A stretch of DNA of 64,000 nucleotides from Vitrella brassicaformis CCMP3155 (GCA_001179505.1 CDMY01000326.1:1-64000), one strand, 5' to 3'; shown: positions 48,648 through 62,915, numbered from the stretch's first letter. Notes: a model not told the origin generated them from the sequence alone. Numbers and translations: made by a program.

Positions 48648-51600
48648 AAGAGACATGGGGAGAGACGAGTGTTGGGGGCCATGCATCTGTATGTCGGGAG
48701 GTACTTGAATTGTATGGTGGTGTCGGACAGCTGCAGCAGCGGGCTGACGAAGTCCCCCTTCATGAGCGTCTTGTACACCACCCGGCCCTTCCTCTCCTGA
48801 CCAGCCAGCTCCGTGCAGACGTACGTCTCGCTCAGCCGACCTGGCGACGGACTCAGCGCGTGGAAATCAAACTAAACACACACACACACATCCACACACA
48901 TCCACACACATCCACACACTCTTCCCCACCACCACCTTATTATCTCTCTCTCTGTCACCTTCATAGCCGTCCTCGGGGCGAGGGTTGCTGTGTCAGGGGA
49001 CACCCGGAAAATGCTCTGAGCCAGCGGCAATGCCTTGTCCATCGCGTCCCCTCTGCCAGCCGCAGCCCTCTTCTTCTCCTCTTCATCGGCAGCAGCGCCG
49101 CTCACAGGTCTCTGCTGCTTCTTGGGGTCCTTCTCGACGGTCCAGGTGAGTTTGCGTGGCACCCGCCCCCGGTTCTCGATGTGGAGCTCCTTGACGGTCG
49201 GCCGGGTGGTGTAGATGGTGCCGAAGTCCAGCACGTCCAGGGAGGTGTCGCAGTAGACCGGGGTCTCAATGCCCTAAGATGAAGAGAAGTCTCACTCTCT
49301 CTCTCTCTCTCTGCCTTTCTGTCCATCGGTGTACCTACCTGTGCTTTGAGAGTGACAGAGAGGTCCGTCCCCTCCTTGACGAGCACCAGCAGCTCGTCCG
49401 TCTCCCTCGACGTCTCGTCACACACCACCGTGAGGGTCAGCTGCGCCGTCGTGTTGGGCGGCATGGTCAGGGTCCGGGGCGCCACGCTCCACAGCGACTC
49501 CTTCCTCTTCAGGATGCACCTCACCTCCGCCTCGATGTAGGACGAGTTGGTCAGGGTCACCTGCTTGCTCACTGGCTGCAGGCAGCTGACCTGCAAGCAA
49601 CGGGAGAGAGAGAGGGAGAGGGAGAGGCGGAGAGAAAGAGAAAGAGAGACGTGGTTATCGGCGGCCCGGGGACTTTTCTGTCATCTCCTATCCTACCTTC
49701 CCCCAGTCGAGCGCGCTTGGCTCTACGGCGAGTCTCGGCCCGATGGCTGTGGCTGTGAGTGTGACCGTCTGCGGCATATTGTGTCCGAGCACCCTCAGGT
49801 GCAAAGGCACACGGATGCCCCCGGTGCGCTGTGCCGTGAGCGTCATGGTCAGCACGTGGGACGTCGCTGGAGGGATGGACCCCTCCGTCTGATCGACGTC
49901 CACCTCCCCCAGATGCAATGTCGTCTCCTCCTGCACCAAGAAGACATGAATCAGGTGTGCTATATCGGTGTGGTGGCGTGTTGGTGCGTGGTGCTGCGCT
50001 GCGTGCCTGTGGGAGGATCTCGAATTTGGCGGGGAGGGATGAGACATTGTGTAGGACGAAGGTCTGGTGGAAAGGGTATCGCACAAAGGTCTCACCGAAG
50101 TCGAGCGTCTCGGCGGGCTCGAAGTGGACGGTCGGCACGCCGCTGCGGGCCTGGATGGGCACCGAGTCCATATTCTCCCCCACATTGTCCAGGTCCACCA
50201 TCAGGCACAGATCGTACACCTTCACGTTGATCGGAATAAAGTCCACCTGAATCCTCTGCGAACACCCCGGCAGCAGACTCCCAGCACTGGGGATGATGTC
50301 AAACTCCTTCTGCAGGAACCGGCCGTCACCCGGGATGCGCAACGAGTAGCTGAAGGGCACCTCTGCGGTGTTGGTGAGGGTCAGGGTCTTGGAGGTGAGG
50401 AAGCCGAAAGAGACGATGCCGAAGTTCAGCTTGTCGACGTCAAACTTGAAGGTCGGCGCCACACACGTCCCCTGCACAACAAACAGGAAACACAGCAATA
50501 CTCCGCCAGCCATTTCTTGCTCTGTTTTTTTCTATACTCTGAAGGTGATGGTGATTGGTGCGGCGGATCCCTCGAGTATCCATGTGAATGTCTCGCAGAA
50601 GTCGCCGAGGAGGTCGGGGACGAAGTCTACGGTGATGCTGACGGACTCGCCCACCTCCAGCCGCCCGCTGTCGGGCGTGAAGCGGAACTTGGGACCGAAG
50701 GCCGTCTCCAGCGGCTGCAGAGAGTAGTTGACCGCTATGTCGCCCTGTAGATTGACACACACACACACACACACACACATACAGAGAGAGAGAGAGAAGG
50801 AATCTGTACGGAAATGCATATGCATACCCGCGAAATGAGGTCGACTTCGTATTTGTGTTTGGAGCCGATGAAGAGGTCACCAACGTCCAGCTCGTCATAG
50901 GAAAAAGTCGCCTTGGGACCGATGCCTTGACCCTTTAGCAACAACGGCACACGCTCGCCACTGCACACCACACCCACATGTGAGAATTGTTCATGTGGAT
51001 GCGTGTGGATGCGTGTGTATGGGTGAGAGCGCAGTCACTGACCAGCCCACAATGTCGCAGTAAGCGAGACACTGGTAGCAGAGCGCAGCTTTGGGGGAGA
51101 AAGACACTGTCACCGTGCAGGAAGATTGCGCCTGCAGTGCACCAAATGATGATACACCATGCGTCAATCTGTGTATACTATACTCACTCACCCAGATTGT
51201 GCCCATGAGCGGCTCCACGTTGAATATCTCATCATAAAAGTACATGGGGTCATCCTTCAACACCTGCAGTGCACACAGACACCCACACGCAAACATAAGA
51301 ACGAACACGCAGAACTCGCCATCGGTTCAACAGGGACGAAAAATGCGATCGATCTCCCGTGCGTACCCTTTCGATATTGCGATACTTCCGATCGAGAGCA
51401 GCCTCCTGCGTAGATGCGCACGCAACAAAGATACCACCCACATGACATGCAGCCAACACAACACCATCCTTGACCTGTCTACAGTATCCCTTGTCGGCGG
51501 CATACCACTTTCTTTTCGTTCTTCGTCTGTGGATCGTCAGTGTCGCTGCTCTGGCTTGCCAAGTCCTCAGGGCCATCCGTACCCGTCAAAGGGTCCGAAT

Positions 51601-53604
51601 CAGCACCAGCGAGCTCCTGAGCCTTCTCGGCACTCAGCTGACGAGCGGACAAAAAGCGTGTTGGGCACTGGGTGGTGCGTGTCTCGCTGTGCGACATGCG
51701 CTTGCCTGCTGCAGGTACAGCGTCTCCTCGGCCTGCTCCTGCTTGAGCTGCTTGTGCAGCTTGCTCTTCTGCACGTCCTCGTCTTCGACCGACCCGAAGG
51801 CCCTCCAGGAGTACTCGACGGGCACGTCGCTGTCGTTGCGGATGGTGAGGGTGCGCTTGGAGGTGAGGGCGATGTAGGTGTCGGCCATGTGCAGATGCTT
51901 GGTCGAGAAGGTGATGTCTGCCGCCTCGCCACACCCGCAAAGACGGGTGACGGTCGTCTCAGCCTAGAGAGAGAGAGGGGGGAAACCCCATAGAGGGATG
52001 GATGTGTCTGTGTGTCTGAGTGTCTGTGTGGGCAAAACAGGCACCCTTCCGGAGGAGTAGTGTAGGGTGAGCTCGCCCTCGAAGCTGCTGATGCTGGGTG
52101 GCTCGAAATAGACGGTCACCTGCACCCAAAGACGCATACGAAGATACATACAAATGGCTTGCCTGCCACCCCCAGCAACCCCTAGCGTACAGACCTGCTC
52201 AGCGCGATCGACCTCCAGGAAGCCCTCATAGATTGAGGAAGAAAAGGGCCCAGTAGTCCGCAGAGTGAAGCTGCTGCCCTTATCTGACCATATACACACA
52301 CCCACACACATCCACACACACCCGTCCATCCATCCAGCCATCCACAGCCCCTGGGTCTGCCCCCTTTCACTCACCCCCGATGTTTCTGAGCAGGAGAGTT
52401 TTCTCGGCTTTATATTTGACCGGCACCCCCCCGAAGTCGACCACATCCGGCAGATCGAACAGAGGCGTCCCGCCGAGGGCGCGCAGGGGCACCGTGTACT
52501 TCTCACGCTGAGCCAGAGACACGATATGGATGCGTGGATAGGGGTCCTGTCATTCCTGACTGACCTCGGTGATGACTATCAGGTCCTCAGAGTAGTCTAT
52601 CTTGGCCTCAGGGTTGAAGCGTACCTGGTCCACACAAATAAAGACATACACTCTTCGCCATATCGTCTCATCTGCGTCTGTCGTTCTTTCTTACCGTGTA
52701 GGTCATTTCCATGCCTGGAGCAACCTGACATACGCGCGCATACGTGTGTGATTCCACCAATCATCGCTCGTCTCTTTGTTATTTACCTTCTCCGAAGGGT
52801 TGGGGGGCCCCTTCCTGCCCTTGCCGGGCAGCAGCTCGAACGCCTTGGTCTCCGGCGGCATCACCTTGACGCGACGAGCAACACGGTCCGCATTCCTGCC
52901 ATCCATTTCATCCACACACACTCACCCACCGTCCAAAAGGCCAATAAGGGAGAAAGAGAAGGAGCGTTTCTGCTCTTCCTGCTCTTGTCCACCAACCGGA
53001 GTTTCAGCGGCGCCTCGTAGGTGGCGAAAGGCTCAAAGTCGCTGAACTGGATGCCGGGCGGGTCAGGAGTGAAAAGTGGCTCGTCGACGGGGACGGCCGA
53101 GTCGGTGTAGAGGGAAGTGCTGCCGATGTCGACGAACTGCTGGATCCTCGGCTTGACTGCCAAAGGCATGAACTGGCGAAGGCGCCGCTGCCTCGCCTCC
53201 TCCAACAGCTCACTCGGCTGCACACACAATGTCACACAAGAGACAACATGTGAGACTCCATGTGCAGAGAGAAGGGAGAACACTCATCCGCTGCCCTCCC
53301 TGGCCTTGCTGTGTGCTGGAAAAGGCCCGCCCATTCATCCACACACACACACAGTGACTCGACGTCGGCCGTCTTGCGCCAGCAGTACCTTTGGCGCCAG
53401 GGCAGCTGCTGCAGCGGCGGTAGCCCTCGTCGACGCCGTGAGCGCCGTCATCTTGGCGCTCTTCTTTGCAAGCGCCGAGGCCCTCAGGCTGCCAGACTGA
53501 GTGCCCTTGGGCGACGACGCATCTGTGCTGCTTCCAAAGCGGAGGCTCTGAGGTGCCCGCGGTGGGCGAGATTCAATCAATGACGGATCACGACGCTTAC
53601 TCAT
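31658..53604 (-). CDS. HYDIN: HYDIN, axonemal central-pair apparatus protein (very large, many ASH/Ig-like repeats)
   Basis: N-terminal exons PSELL..KPRIQQFVDIG..LFTPDP..YEAPLKL, VDFGGVPVKYKAEKTLLLRNIG and TYIALTSKRTLTIRNDSDV match the HYDIN N-terminus. Repeated ASH-type segments (xDFG...xxxxNxG/S). The C-terminus PQGPVTI..DFKNPF..IDNPAF..WLVYLKGE matches the HYDIN end. Dozens of introns; gap at 39649-39948. Start codon approximate. Confidence 0.95.
39649..39948. other. Assembly gap (300 N) inside HYDIN
   Basis: N run. The right flank is coding, so an exon end may be hidden. Confidence 1.
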
Positions 53605-53710
53605 CTTCTATGCTGCTCCTGCGTTGGGGGCGAGTTGGGGCGAGACTGCCCACAGCTCGCGGTCGCAGTCTTTTCTCTCGAACGGCGTTTCTGGTTGCTA
53701 TACAGGCATA

Positions 53711-56700
53711 ATGATGATAGAGAGTAGCTTGGGTGATGTTCACTACCTCCCGACGGCCGTCGGTGCCGTGTCTGAACGCGCGTCTCATCTCTCACCGGCC
53801 CCCCAGAACCAAGAAAGGGCATTGTCACTGGACGGGCGTAACGGTGGGGCAGGAGGGAGGGTGTCGCCGAGGAAGGGCATCTTGAAGCACCGGGCGGCGG
53901 AGTCCGACCACACCGGTGCGGAGGAGCGTGTGAGGATACTTGCGGACGTCAACGAAGACGTCAAGCGGGCATTTGGTACAATACGAGGAGAGGATCAACA
54001 TGCATGTGCACCACATGTGCATGCGCTGCTTCCATCTTGTAGGGACGAAGCGGCGGCATCGTCTGCGGCAGTCGACCTCCCCGCTGGAGCAGATCAGCGA
54101 GTGCGCCGAGTGGGCCGAGGTGACGGCCGCACTCAAGACGAGCGCCTCGTCCATCCTGCCTAATGAAGGGGAGACACTCATCAACGACGGTAAGCCAGCG
54201 AACGAAGGAGGCGACACCGAAACCACACAAAACACCGGTCGCTTTTCTGCGTTTCTGTGTGCAGGCGAGCCTCTTGATGAGTTTGAGGCACTGTGGGCGG
54301 AGATGGGCCTCCAACCGATGGGTGTGGGCGTCGCCACGCCAGCACCACCACCGCCGCCATCCAGCAGGGCGCCTGCTGCCTCACCTGATATCATGACGGA
54401 CACGCGTCGGCCGACGTCCCAAAAAGCTGGGGAGAGTGAGGACACGATGGACGAGGAGGCTCTGAAGGAGAGCGCGGCGGTCCTGCTGGAGAAGGCCTCG
54501 TCCAATGCGCTGGCGGAGCTATCGGCGCTCCACACCGAGCAGAGGGGAAAGGAGCCTTCAGCCGACGAAGACGATGTCGTCTCTGTCAGCATCGTTGAAG
54601 AAGAGGAGGACGTCTCTTCTCTCATTGTTCTTGACGACGAGCGGGCACAGAAGAAGGACGGCATTGTCCCCAACTCTCTTCACCTTGATGCCCCGCTGCT
54701 GCCAGCGTCTTCCGCTGACGCTGCAGAACCGATGGTTCCTGCTGATCATGGTGCTCTCAAGGAGATTGAAGAAAGGTCTTTCAAGGATGAGGAGGGGGAC
54801 CTCGTCACGACGCTTGATCATGCCGATCTGGTCGCAGATGTCGATATCGCCCCTCCGTTGCCGGTCGTGGCTCTCGCCAGCGACCACCTTGTCGCCCGGC
54901 TGCCCAACGGCTTCGACTCCTCCCCCGTCGTGTTTCGCAAGAGCCTCACCGAGTCCCTCGATCAGCTGCAGCACTCCATCGACCGCCTGCATCGCAAGAA
55001 GCGGGCAGCGTCCATGCCTCTGGCCGAAGAACAACCACCTGCCCCTGCAGCCCACGCAGCAGCAGCTGTGACACTGTCTGGGGAACCTTTCAAGAGGCCT
55101 GTGGGGGTGCTGAAGAAGAGGGAGGAGTCAACCACCGGTGTGGTGCTCTCGCGGCTGGGGGATCGGGAGAGGCCGGTGTCTCTACGGAAGTGGGCGAAAG
55201 GGAGGCGGATTGCGAGCCTGGAGGATCTTGACAAGCGGCGACAGCGGCGGAGGAAGCTGCTGGGGCAGAGGAGGCACATGAGCGAGTTATGGGACGTGGA
55301 CGAGGATGAGGGAGACATGGATATGCGGGGCGTCCCCCCCGCCCCACCCATCCTTGCCGCGGCCAAGATCACCCCCAAAAGGTCGGTGGAGGTGGAGGAG
55401 TGTTGCAGCGATGAGGGTGTGCGTGACCGTGACGATGCCGCCGATTTCAAGAGCGTCATCTCGAAGGCCGACCTGCAGTCGAGGGCAGGACACGAGGAAG
55501 ATGAGGAATCAGATGAAGACGGAGATGAGTTAGAAGCTGCACCTCCAGCCGTTCCTGAAGCTGTGCTCCTGCCTGAGGACAAAGACAATGAGCCCATCTC
55601 GCCCCCAGCAGCCGGCTCCAGCAACACCTCCTCACCACGGCGACGCAGACCAGCCGTCGAAGCGGCCTCCACGGCAGACCTGGAGGCGGCTGAAAGGCTT
55701 GGCCGCATCAGGGAGTCCCCAAGGACGCGGCGGCTACGAAGCCTTCTCGAACAACAGCAGCAGCAGCAGCAGCAACAGAAGGAGGAGACAACTGTCGATG
55801 TCTCAGAGAAGAAGGGGGAGAGGGCGGAGATTGTGCTGGAGCATGGAGATGTGGATGACGTGACCGAGGAGGTGCACGAGGCGGAGGCGGTGTCTCACGA
55901 GGACGAGCAGGCCATCGAGCGGCCGTCGGACATCACTATCGCACCACCCCACAGACCACCCGATGCTGCGACCACGGAAGAGCAGCCGCCTGCTGGTGTC
56001 GGTGCTGCGACCATTGACGAGGACGACCACGCCACTTCGAGTGACGATGATGAGGAGGGGCGAGAGGACCACTTCGTCTTCACACAACAGGAAGTCGATC
56101 TCACCGCAGCAGCCACAACAGCAGCAGCGAGAGAGGAGACAGCGGCAGGAGCAGGCGACGACCACGGCGAGAGGATCGAAGATGATGACCGGCCAGCTGA
56201 GACGACACACGATATAGAAGAGATGGTGGAGCACGCCCCGGCCCCAGCCGCAGCGGCAGCGGCTGCAGACAAGGAGGATGGATCAGAATCGCGGCAGCAG
56301 CGGCCTGACGAAGGTGAAGGTGAAGGAGACGGCGAGGGCGAGAGCGAGGCTAGGCGTGAGGTGGTGCTGGAAGACCTGGCCGACGTGCTGGGGCAGAACC
56401 ACCATCACGCAGACGATCTTGAGGGAGGGGAAGAGCTCATCGACATCGACCTAGATGTCTATGTGCAGAGGGAAAGGGAGAAACCACCACCACCAGCAGC
56501 AGCGGCAGCAGCAGCAGCAGCACCTTCTGCTGCTGCCGGGGCGGGGGGGTCGATGCCCCCATTGGGGATGCTGCTGTCCAGCCACCCTGACGCAGAAGAG
56601 AGAGAGGCCTTCGCAACATCAATCCAGATCGGCAGCGCCGCATCGGTAGCAGGCGATCCCGTCACCAAGCTGGTACGTCAGCCACCCACCCACAGCATGC

Positions 56701-57148
56701 TCACCCTTTCCTCCATCGTCTGCTCGGTTTGTGTGTGTGCAGACGTCCGCCCACAAGAGCCGGCTGGTTGCGCGAGAGGACTTCATCGACCAGGCCCTTT
56801 TTTCACAGTCTCACAAGGCCCCTCAGGCCCCCGATGAGCCCAATAAGGTAGCGACAGAGACCGAAGAGAACGACGTTGCGGCATTGCGCGAGCTGAGACA
56901 CCAGTATGAAGACCAGCATGGGCAGCAAGATGGCAGTGACCGTCACCACCATGGGATTGCCGCCATCACCACAGAGGAAGAGGACGAAGAGTCGGAGGAG
57001 GCGGATCATGCGGCGCACGCTGAGCGTTTCCACTCCTACGACGACCTGGACCACACGGCCATGGCGGCCGTCTGGGGCGAGGTCCAGCAGATATCGGACG
57101 ACTACCAAGCACAGGAGCAGAAGCACACCGGTAACCCTTCCCCCTTCA

Positions 57149-57186
<38 letters not shown>

Positions 57187-57503
57187 CTGACTTGGCCATG
57201 CACCCAGGCCATTCGCCGCTTTTGCTGCCCAATCATGCAGGCACGATCCACGAGCCGGCCGGCACGCCAGCAGTGAGCTACGAAGAGGCGGCCGCCTTCT
57301 TCTTTGAGAGGAGTGGTGCGGTCGACACCCTGCTGTCAGCCGGGCTGCAGAAGTTCTGTGACGACCGGACGGGCGGCAGGGATGGGGATACGGAGGAGCG
57401 GCAGCAGCAGGGGAGCTGCCTGTGCGTGTCGGCACCGAGGGCACCCACACACGTGCCAGGTCTGCGCCCCATGGGGCGGTGATGAGGCGAGCGCATTCAT
57501 GAC

Positions 57504-57538
<35 letters not shown>

Positions 57539-58815
57539 TGTAGGACTGTCTAGCGCCTTAGAGAAGGAGAGGGACAGTGTGTTCGCGGCGATGGGCTCCG
57601 GCATGGACGACACACAGCCGATGCACGGCCGCCTGCTGCAGACCATCTACAAGAAGCTCACGCGGAACAAGGTGGACGCGCCGCGCCTCGGCCGCCACTG
57701 GGAGGTGGTGGGGTTCCAGGGTGCCGACCCTGCCACCGACCTCCGCAGTGTGGGCGTGTTCGGGCTGGTGCAGCTGCTGGCCTTCATGCAGTGCTTCCCT
57801 GACCTCGCACTCAAGATATACACGTGAGCACATGGAGCGTGTGTTCGTGTGTCCTTGGATGGTGGGTGTGTTTGGGGGTGGTGCGTAGGCTGTCTCGTGA
57901 CGAGTATCAGGCCTTCCCTTTTGCAGCGGCGTCGCTCAACTTCACAAAGGTCGCCGCGGACGCCTTCTGCAGCGGATGGTGCGCGGGAATGAGACACACA
58001 CACCCCATGTGTGTTGACGTCCATTTGTGTGTGAGTCGATAGGCTGTCGGGCATATGCAGCAGGGAGAGGTGTGTGGTGTCGGTGCTGCACCGCGCCCAC
58101 GCGGCCGTGTTCTTCGCCTTCTATGAGGCGTGGCGGAGGGAGAAGCTGAATATATTGGAGTTTGGCAGAGTCAAGAAGGTGTGTATATGCCTGTAAGGGG
58201 GAGACACACATCATGATGCGCGGCTCTCTCTGTGGGGTGTGTGTGTGTGTGTGTGTGTAGGAGATCAGCGATGAGCTGGCAAGGCGGCCGCAGAGACTCC
58301 TAAACGCTCTCAAGGTGGGCAGCCACCAGCCCCCCCCCCCCCCCCCNNNNNNNNNNNNNNNNNNNNNNNNNNNNNNNNNNNNNNNNNNNNNNNNNNNNNN
58401 NNNNNNNNNNNNNNNNNNNNNNNNNNNNNNNNNNNNNNNNNNNNNNNNNNNNNNNNNNNNNNNNNNNNNNNNNNNNNNNNNNNNNNNNNNNNNNNNNNNN
58501 NNNNNNNNNNNNNNNNNNNNNNNNNNNNNNNNNNNNNNNNNNNNNNNNNNNNNNNNNNNNNNNNNNNNNNNNNNNNNNNNNNNNNNNNNNNNNNNNNNNN
58601 NNNNNNNNNNNNNNNNNNNNNNNNNNNNNNNNNNNNNNNNNNNNNNCCCCCCCCCCCCCCCTGCAGACATACCAAGGTCTCTCCCTCTCTCTCGGTGTGT
58701 GCAGCGTGGTGTGAGTCTGATGCGTACCATGGAAAAGGCCAGCGGCGGCGGCGAGAACAATGGCGACGTTCGCACACAGGTTTTCCCCCCACCTGAGGCT
58801 GCGGGGGGCGCTTGA
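53711..58815 (+). CDS. ELMO/CED-12 domain (ELMOD3-like) protein with a very long acidic disordered N-terminal region
   Basis: LLQTIYKKLT...HWEVVGFQGADPATDLRSVGVFGLVQLL...FPFAAASLNFT...FYEAW: the ELMOD core. Upstream is a ~2.4 kb Glu/Asp/Ala-rich exon. Last intron spans the gap at 58347-58646. Start codon uncertain. Confidence 0.85.
58347..58646. other. Assembly gap (300 N) flanked by poly-C
   Basis: N run inside the last ELMOD intron. Confidence 1.
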
Positions 58816-59999
58816 CGCGAAATGAGCGAATGGGGCGTGTGACGTGTTGGTGTGTGGACCGTCTGTCTGTCAGTGACTGCCCTGTTCTGTGCGTGTGCAT
58901 CTGTCATTTCACTGATCGACCGACCAATGTCCGAATGTCCGAGTCCCTGTGGCAGCCATGGATGTGTGCAGCCACGTAGGCAGCCGTCCAGCTGTCTGTC
59001 TGTCCGTCTGTCTGTCTCATACACTGTCAATCTAATTACACCCCAGGACACACATGCACAGAGGCGCACACACACATGCACTAATTACAGACGAATAGAC
59101 AAGCCCACCCACACACACATCTGCCGAGAATGACCCGCACGCGCCCATATGCACCACCATCACTACACCTGTGCTTCTGTGGCCTGGCCTGATCCCCCCC
59201 ACCTGTTATGCGTCGATGTGTCTGTTTGGGGTCCTAGCACCCAAGCTCACATCTTCACTGCTCGCTCGGGCACTAGGCCCCCACACACACACGCCGACCA
59301 CATCAGGAAGGGCCAGCCCGCCACCACCACACCCATGCACGCTCATCTCCCTGTCTGCTCCTTTCTGCCCTGATCTGATCTGCTCTCGGTTGTGTTGCTT
59401 GTGTTCGTGTCAATTGTCCGCCTGGCCGTGTCTGCCCCCTCAAAGGTGCCGGAAAAGACACCATGCCTGCATATGAGCATGCGTCTTTCGGACACCCCAA
59501 GAAAGCCAACACTGCCACGGCGAGCACGACACACACACACACACACACAGGAGGAAAACCTTAGCTAGCGGGATGGGAAAACCGCTGCTAGATACAGTAC
59601 ACACACAGGCAGTGCGCTCACACTTACTGCACGCGGCAAAAAGTGACGTGAGACTGACCCCTGACTGTGCAACACTGTCCTGCGATCGACCACTGCGTGC
59701 GATCCATCCTTCATCCATCCCTTCTTGCCTTAATTAGACCTGCGTACCCCTTGCTGCCCACCTGCCTGCCTGTCTGTCTGGGCGAGGTCTCGTCATTCTG
59801 GTGTTTCACCCAACCCGCCAGTGACGCTTCCAACCACATGTCGAATTCACACGTGATGGAAGACGTCAAAGGGAGGTTTGAGAAGCCCCAGAAACGACCG
59901 AGACCCACCCAACACACACCAATCGCATCAAGTAGACGACCAAAGAACCCTCTCCCCTAGATAATTATTGGCTCACTCGGACCTTCGTCACTCACTCAG

Positions 60000-62306
60000 T
60001 CACTGCCCCTTGAGTCTCTTGTGTGCCCCCTCGCCCCTCTCCGCCCCCCCAATGGCAGCAGCAGAGCAGCTGCGGCCGCCGGGCGGCGTCAGCGGCCCAG
60101 TGTCCATCGGCGATCCGCACCCTATCGACGGCGAGACGCTGTCTGTGGGGGAGGGGGCGGCGATGGCCGAGTGGGGGCGCTTGCTGCCGCTGCCTGTGGA
60201 TGGGGGGGCGTTGGGGCTGTTGTCGGGCGAGCCGCCGTTGGGCGATCTGGAGTGGATGAGGGACATGAGCAGAGGGGGCCCGAAGGAAGGGTCGTTGATC
60301 TGCACACACAGGCACAGAGAGGGGGGATGGTGTGTCATCTCTCTCTCTCTCTCTCTGTGTGTGTGTCTGAATGGGGGGACCACGCACTCACCACTCGCGG
60401 CGTCCACAGTGTCTGCGCGAGCTCCGTTGCGAGCGAATTGTCGATCTTGGGGTCCAGCAGCTGCAGCAGCCGGGGAACCGCACCCAAATACTCATTCTCC
60501 GCCAGCACCTCCGGCTTCACGCGATCCAACAACAGACGCGCCACCTGCACCCCCGCACACATAACACATACCACAGACGCCATCTCGCCCCCACCCCCAC
60601 CGAGACCGACCTTGGTGGAAGTCCATGTGGTGAGGTTGTCCCGCCGGTTGTGCCACCAGCCGTGCAGCAGCCGCAGCGGGCTCACGCCGTCCAGCGCGGC
60701 GTCGAACTCGGGGCAGGGCGCCTGGGCCAGCGCGTAGGCCAGGAAGGTCGCCAGACACTCGAACGTGTTCCTGTGGGTGGGTGTGCACATGGGGACACGT
60801 CAGGTCGTTTGTTTGTGTGGGCGAGAGGGGTGTTACCTGGTAGCTGTGTCGGCTGCAGAGGTGTGGAGGGCGTCGGTGAGGACCGAGAAGGCGTCCCAGC
60901 TGCCGTCGACCAGCAGACACTTGAAGTAATGCAGCTGCCCAGACACACACACATACACATCCACACGCATCCCTCCCTCCACCCCTCTGCCACCCCATGC
61001 AGGTCTGTTTCTGTTGCCCACCCACATACACACATACCGCCATGCTCCGCAGAGGGTACTCGCACACCGTCACCTCGACCTCCACGCTGTCAACCGTCGC
61101 AATACCACCACCGGACACGACCGCCCGCTGCCTATCCTCGTCCTTCACCCTGGTCCCCTGCAGCACCCCCTCCCTCCGCCCGCCCAGCGCGACGCAGCAG
61201 CTGCCCGCTGGCATGGTGGCGGAGCAGAGGATGGTGCCGTCGACGTGGTAGGTGGCCGTGCCGTTGAAGCAGCCCGTCCGTAGGCCGCCGCAGGGGAGAG
61301 TGGCTGCAGGAGAAAGCAATGGAGAGACAGTGGGCGAGATGGGGTGGGCATGGTGATGGTGGTGGAGGTGAGGGTTGGTCACTTACGAGTATAGATGGCT
61401 TCGAACCGGGCGATGTCGGCGATGGGCAGCTTGGGGTCCTGGTGCACCCCACATCCCGTCGCCAGCGTGAAGAAATGTCCCCCACTGTGAGCGCGCGTCG
61501 ATGCACTGCACCACCACACCAAAGCCACACACCCACATGGCCGTCTGCCTGTGTGTCTGTCTGTGTGTGTGGCTGTCAGTACCTGAATTGCACCTGCACT
61601 TGGCCGATTTTGACGGTGTGTCCCGGCTGAAAGGCGTGTTCGACCGTGTTGGTGGTCTCGAGACAGAATGTCTTGGCCTGAAAGACCTTCCGCAGCGCGT
61701 CAGGGAGGCTGTCGCTCTGGGTGGCCGCCTGCAGCCACGCGGCAAGCTCGGTGGCCGACACGTTCACCTTGTGGCTGTCGATGAGGCATAGCAGTTGCTC
61801 CAGGGCCTCCTTGATGCACTCGGCGAAGGGGTCCTTGTCGCCCATGTTGCCCGACTGAATGCCGTCCCTGACAATGCAGACGGACACAGACACGTGTGTG
61901 TGTGTGTGTGTGATGTGGGAAGGGGGAGGGAGATTGCTAACAGAGTGTCCGCAACGATCGCGGGGAACTGCATGAGCATCGCTGGGAGGTCGCTCCTGAA
62001 CATGGGCATCATCAGGACGTGGTGGAAGGCAGACCTGTGTGTGCGAGGCGAGAAACATCCATACACACCACACCACACAGCCACAGAGACATCCATCCAT
62101 CCATCCATGGTGAGTCCTGTGCTGTGCTGTGTTGTGCTATGTCTTACAGGTCGGTGGATGAGGCCGATGAGCTGCTGGGCGAGTAGGGCTGCTGCTGCTT
62201 CTTGGACACCTCGGTCAGCAGCGCCGGCAGCAGCGACCGGTCCGACCACCAACAAGACCGAATGCCTTTGCGCTCGAGCAGCGGCTGCACAGTCACCAAA
62301 CCGACA

Positions 62307-62340
<34 letters not shown>

Positions 62341-62757
62341 CATAGACGCGTTGCATTTCGGTGCATGTATGTGAGCACACCTACCACGATGCGGTCGACG
62401 AACCGGCACCCAAAGTAGTCGAGCGCGGTGAGTGCCGCGATGAGGTTGTCCTCGGTTATCGCCTTGACGACGTCGCCCGCGTCACGCTGACGACACAAAC
62501 ACAGACAGACGACACACCGAGACGTCTGCCGACACCTGTGCAGACCTGCCCCACCCACCACCCACCCGCAGCACGACTTTCGCCTCCTCTCTGCCGATGC
62601 CGTCGACCTGCAGCGCGTCGCGCCTCTCCCTGCCAGAGAACCAGCGGAAGCCGTCTGCGAGTGAGGCCGGCACAGAGAGGGTGGAGCCGCCTGCGTCTCT
62701 GAAGGTCAGCGATATCATCGCGGTGGGAGTGCCGTCTCGGCTGCCGTGCGACACCAT
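60000..62757 (-). CDS. Multi-exon protein with a putative N-terminal BTB/Skp1-like fold and a BACK-like segment
   Basis: ISLTFRDAGGSTLSVP...REEAKVVLR...ITEDNLIAALTALDYFG resembles a BTB end; LIDSHKVNVSATELAAWL resembles BACK. About 10 exons splice in frame, ending in a Ser/Pro-rich tail and KRLK. Domain call is by eye and weak. Confidence 0.5.
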
Positions 62758-62915
62758 TTCGTCACGAAAGAGCGTGAGAGAGGCGTGGAGGTAGATTCAG
62801 CTTGCTGATGGTAACCTCCTTTAGTTCTTTTTTCGGCAGATCTTTGGTACAGCCGTGATGCTTCGGGTCTCCGGCACCCCACTGTCAGCCTCGTTGCCTT
62901 TTTGCTTTTCCCGAG

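Noticed and set aside
53692-53705. GTTGCTAT half X-box in the HYDIN/ELMOD spacer
   Set aside because: Only a half-site, no matching second half, and RFX factors are not known from alveolates; likely chance.
58816-59999. Longest intergenic stretch, inspected for tRNA, ncRNA, CRISPR-like arrays or a hidden gene
   Set aside because: Only microsatellites and UTR-like sequence; no cloverleaf, regular repeat-spacer pattern or spliceable coding exons found.
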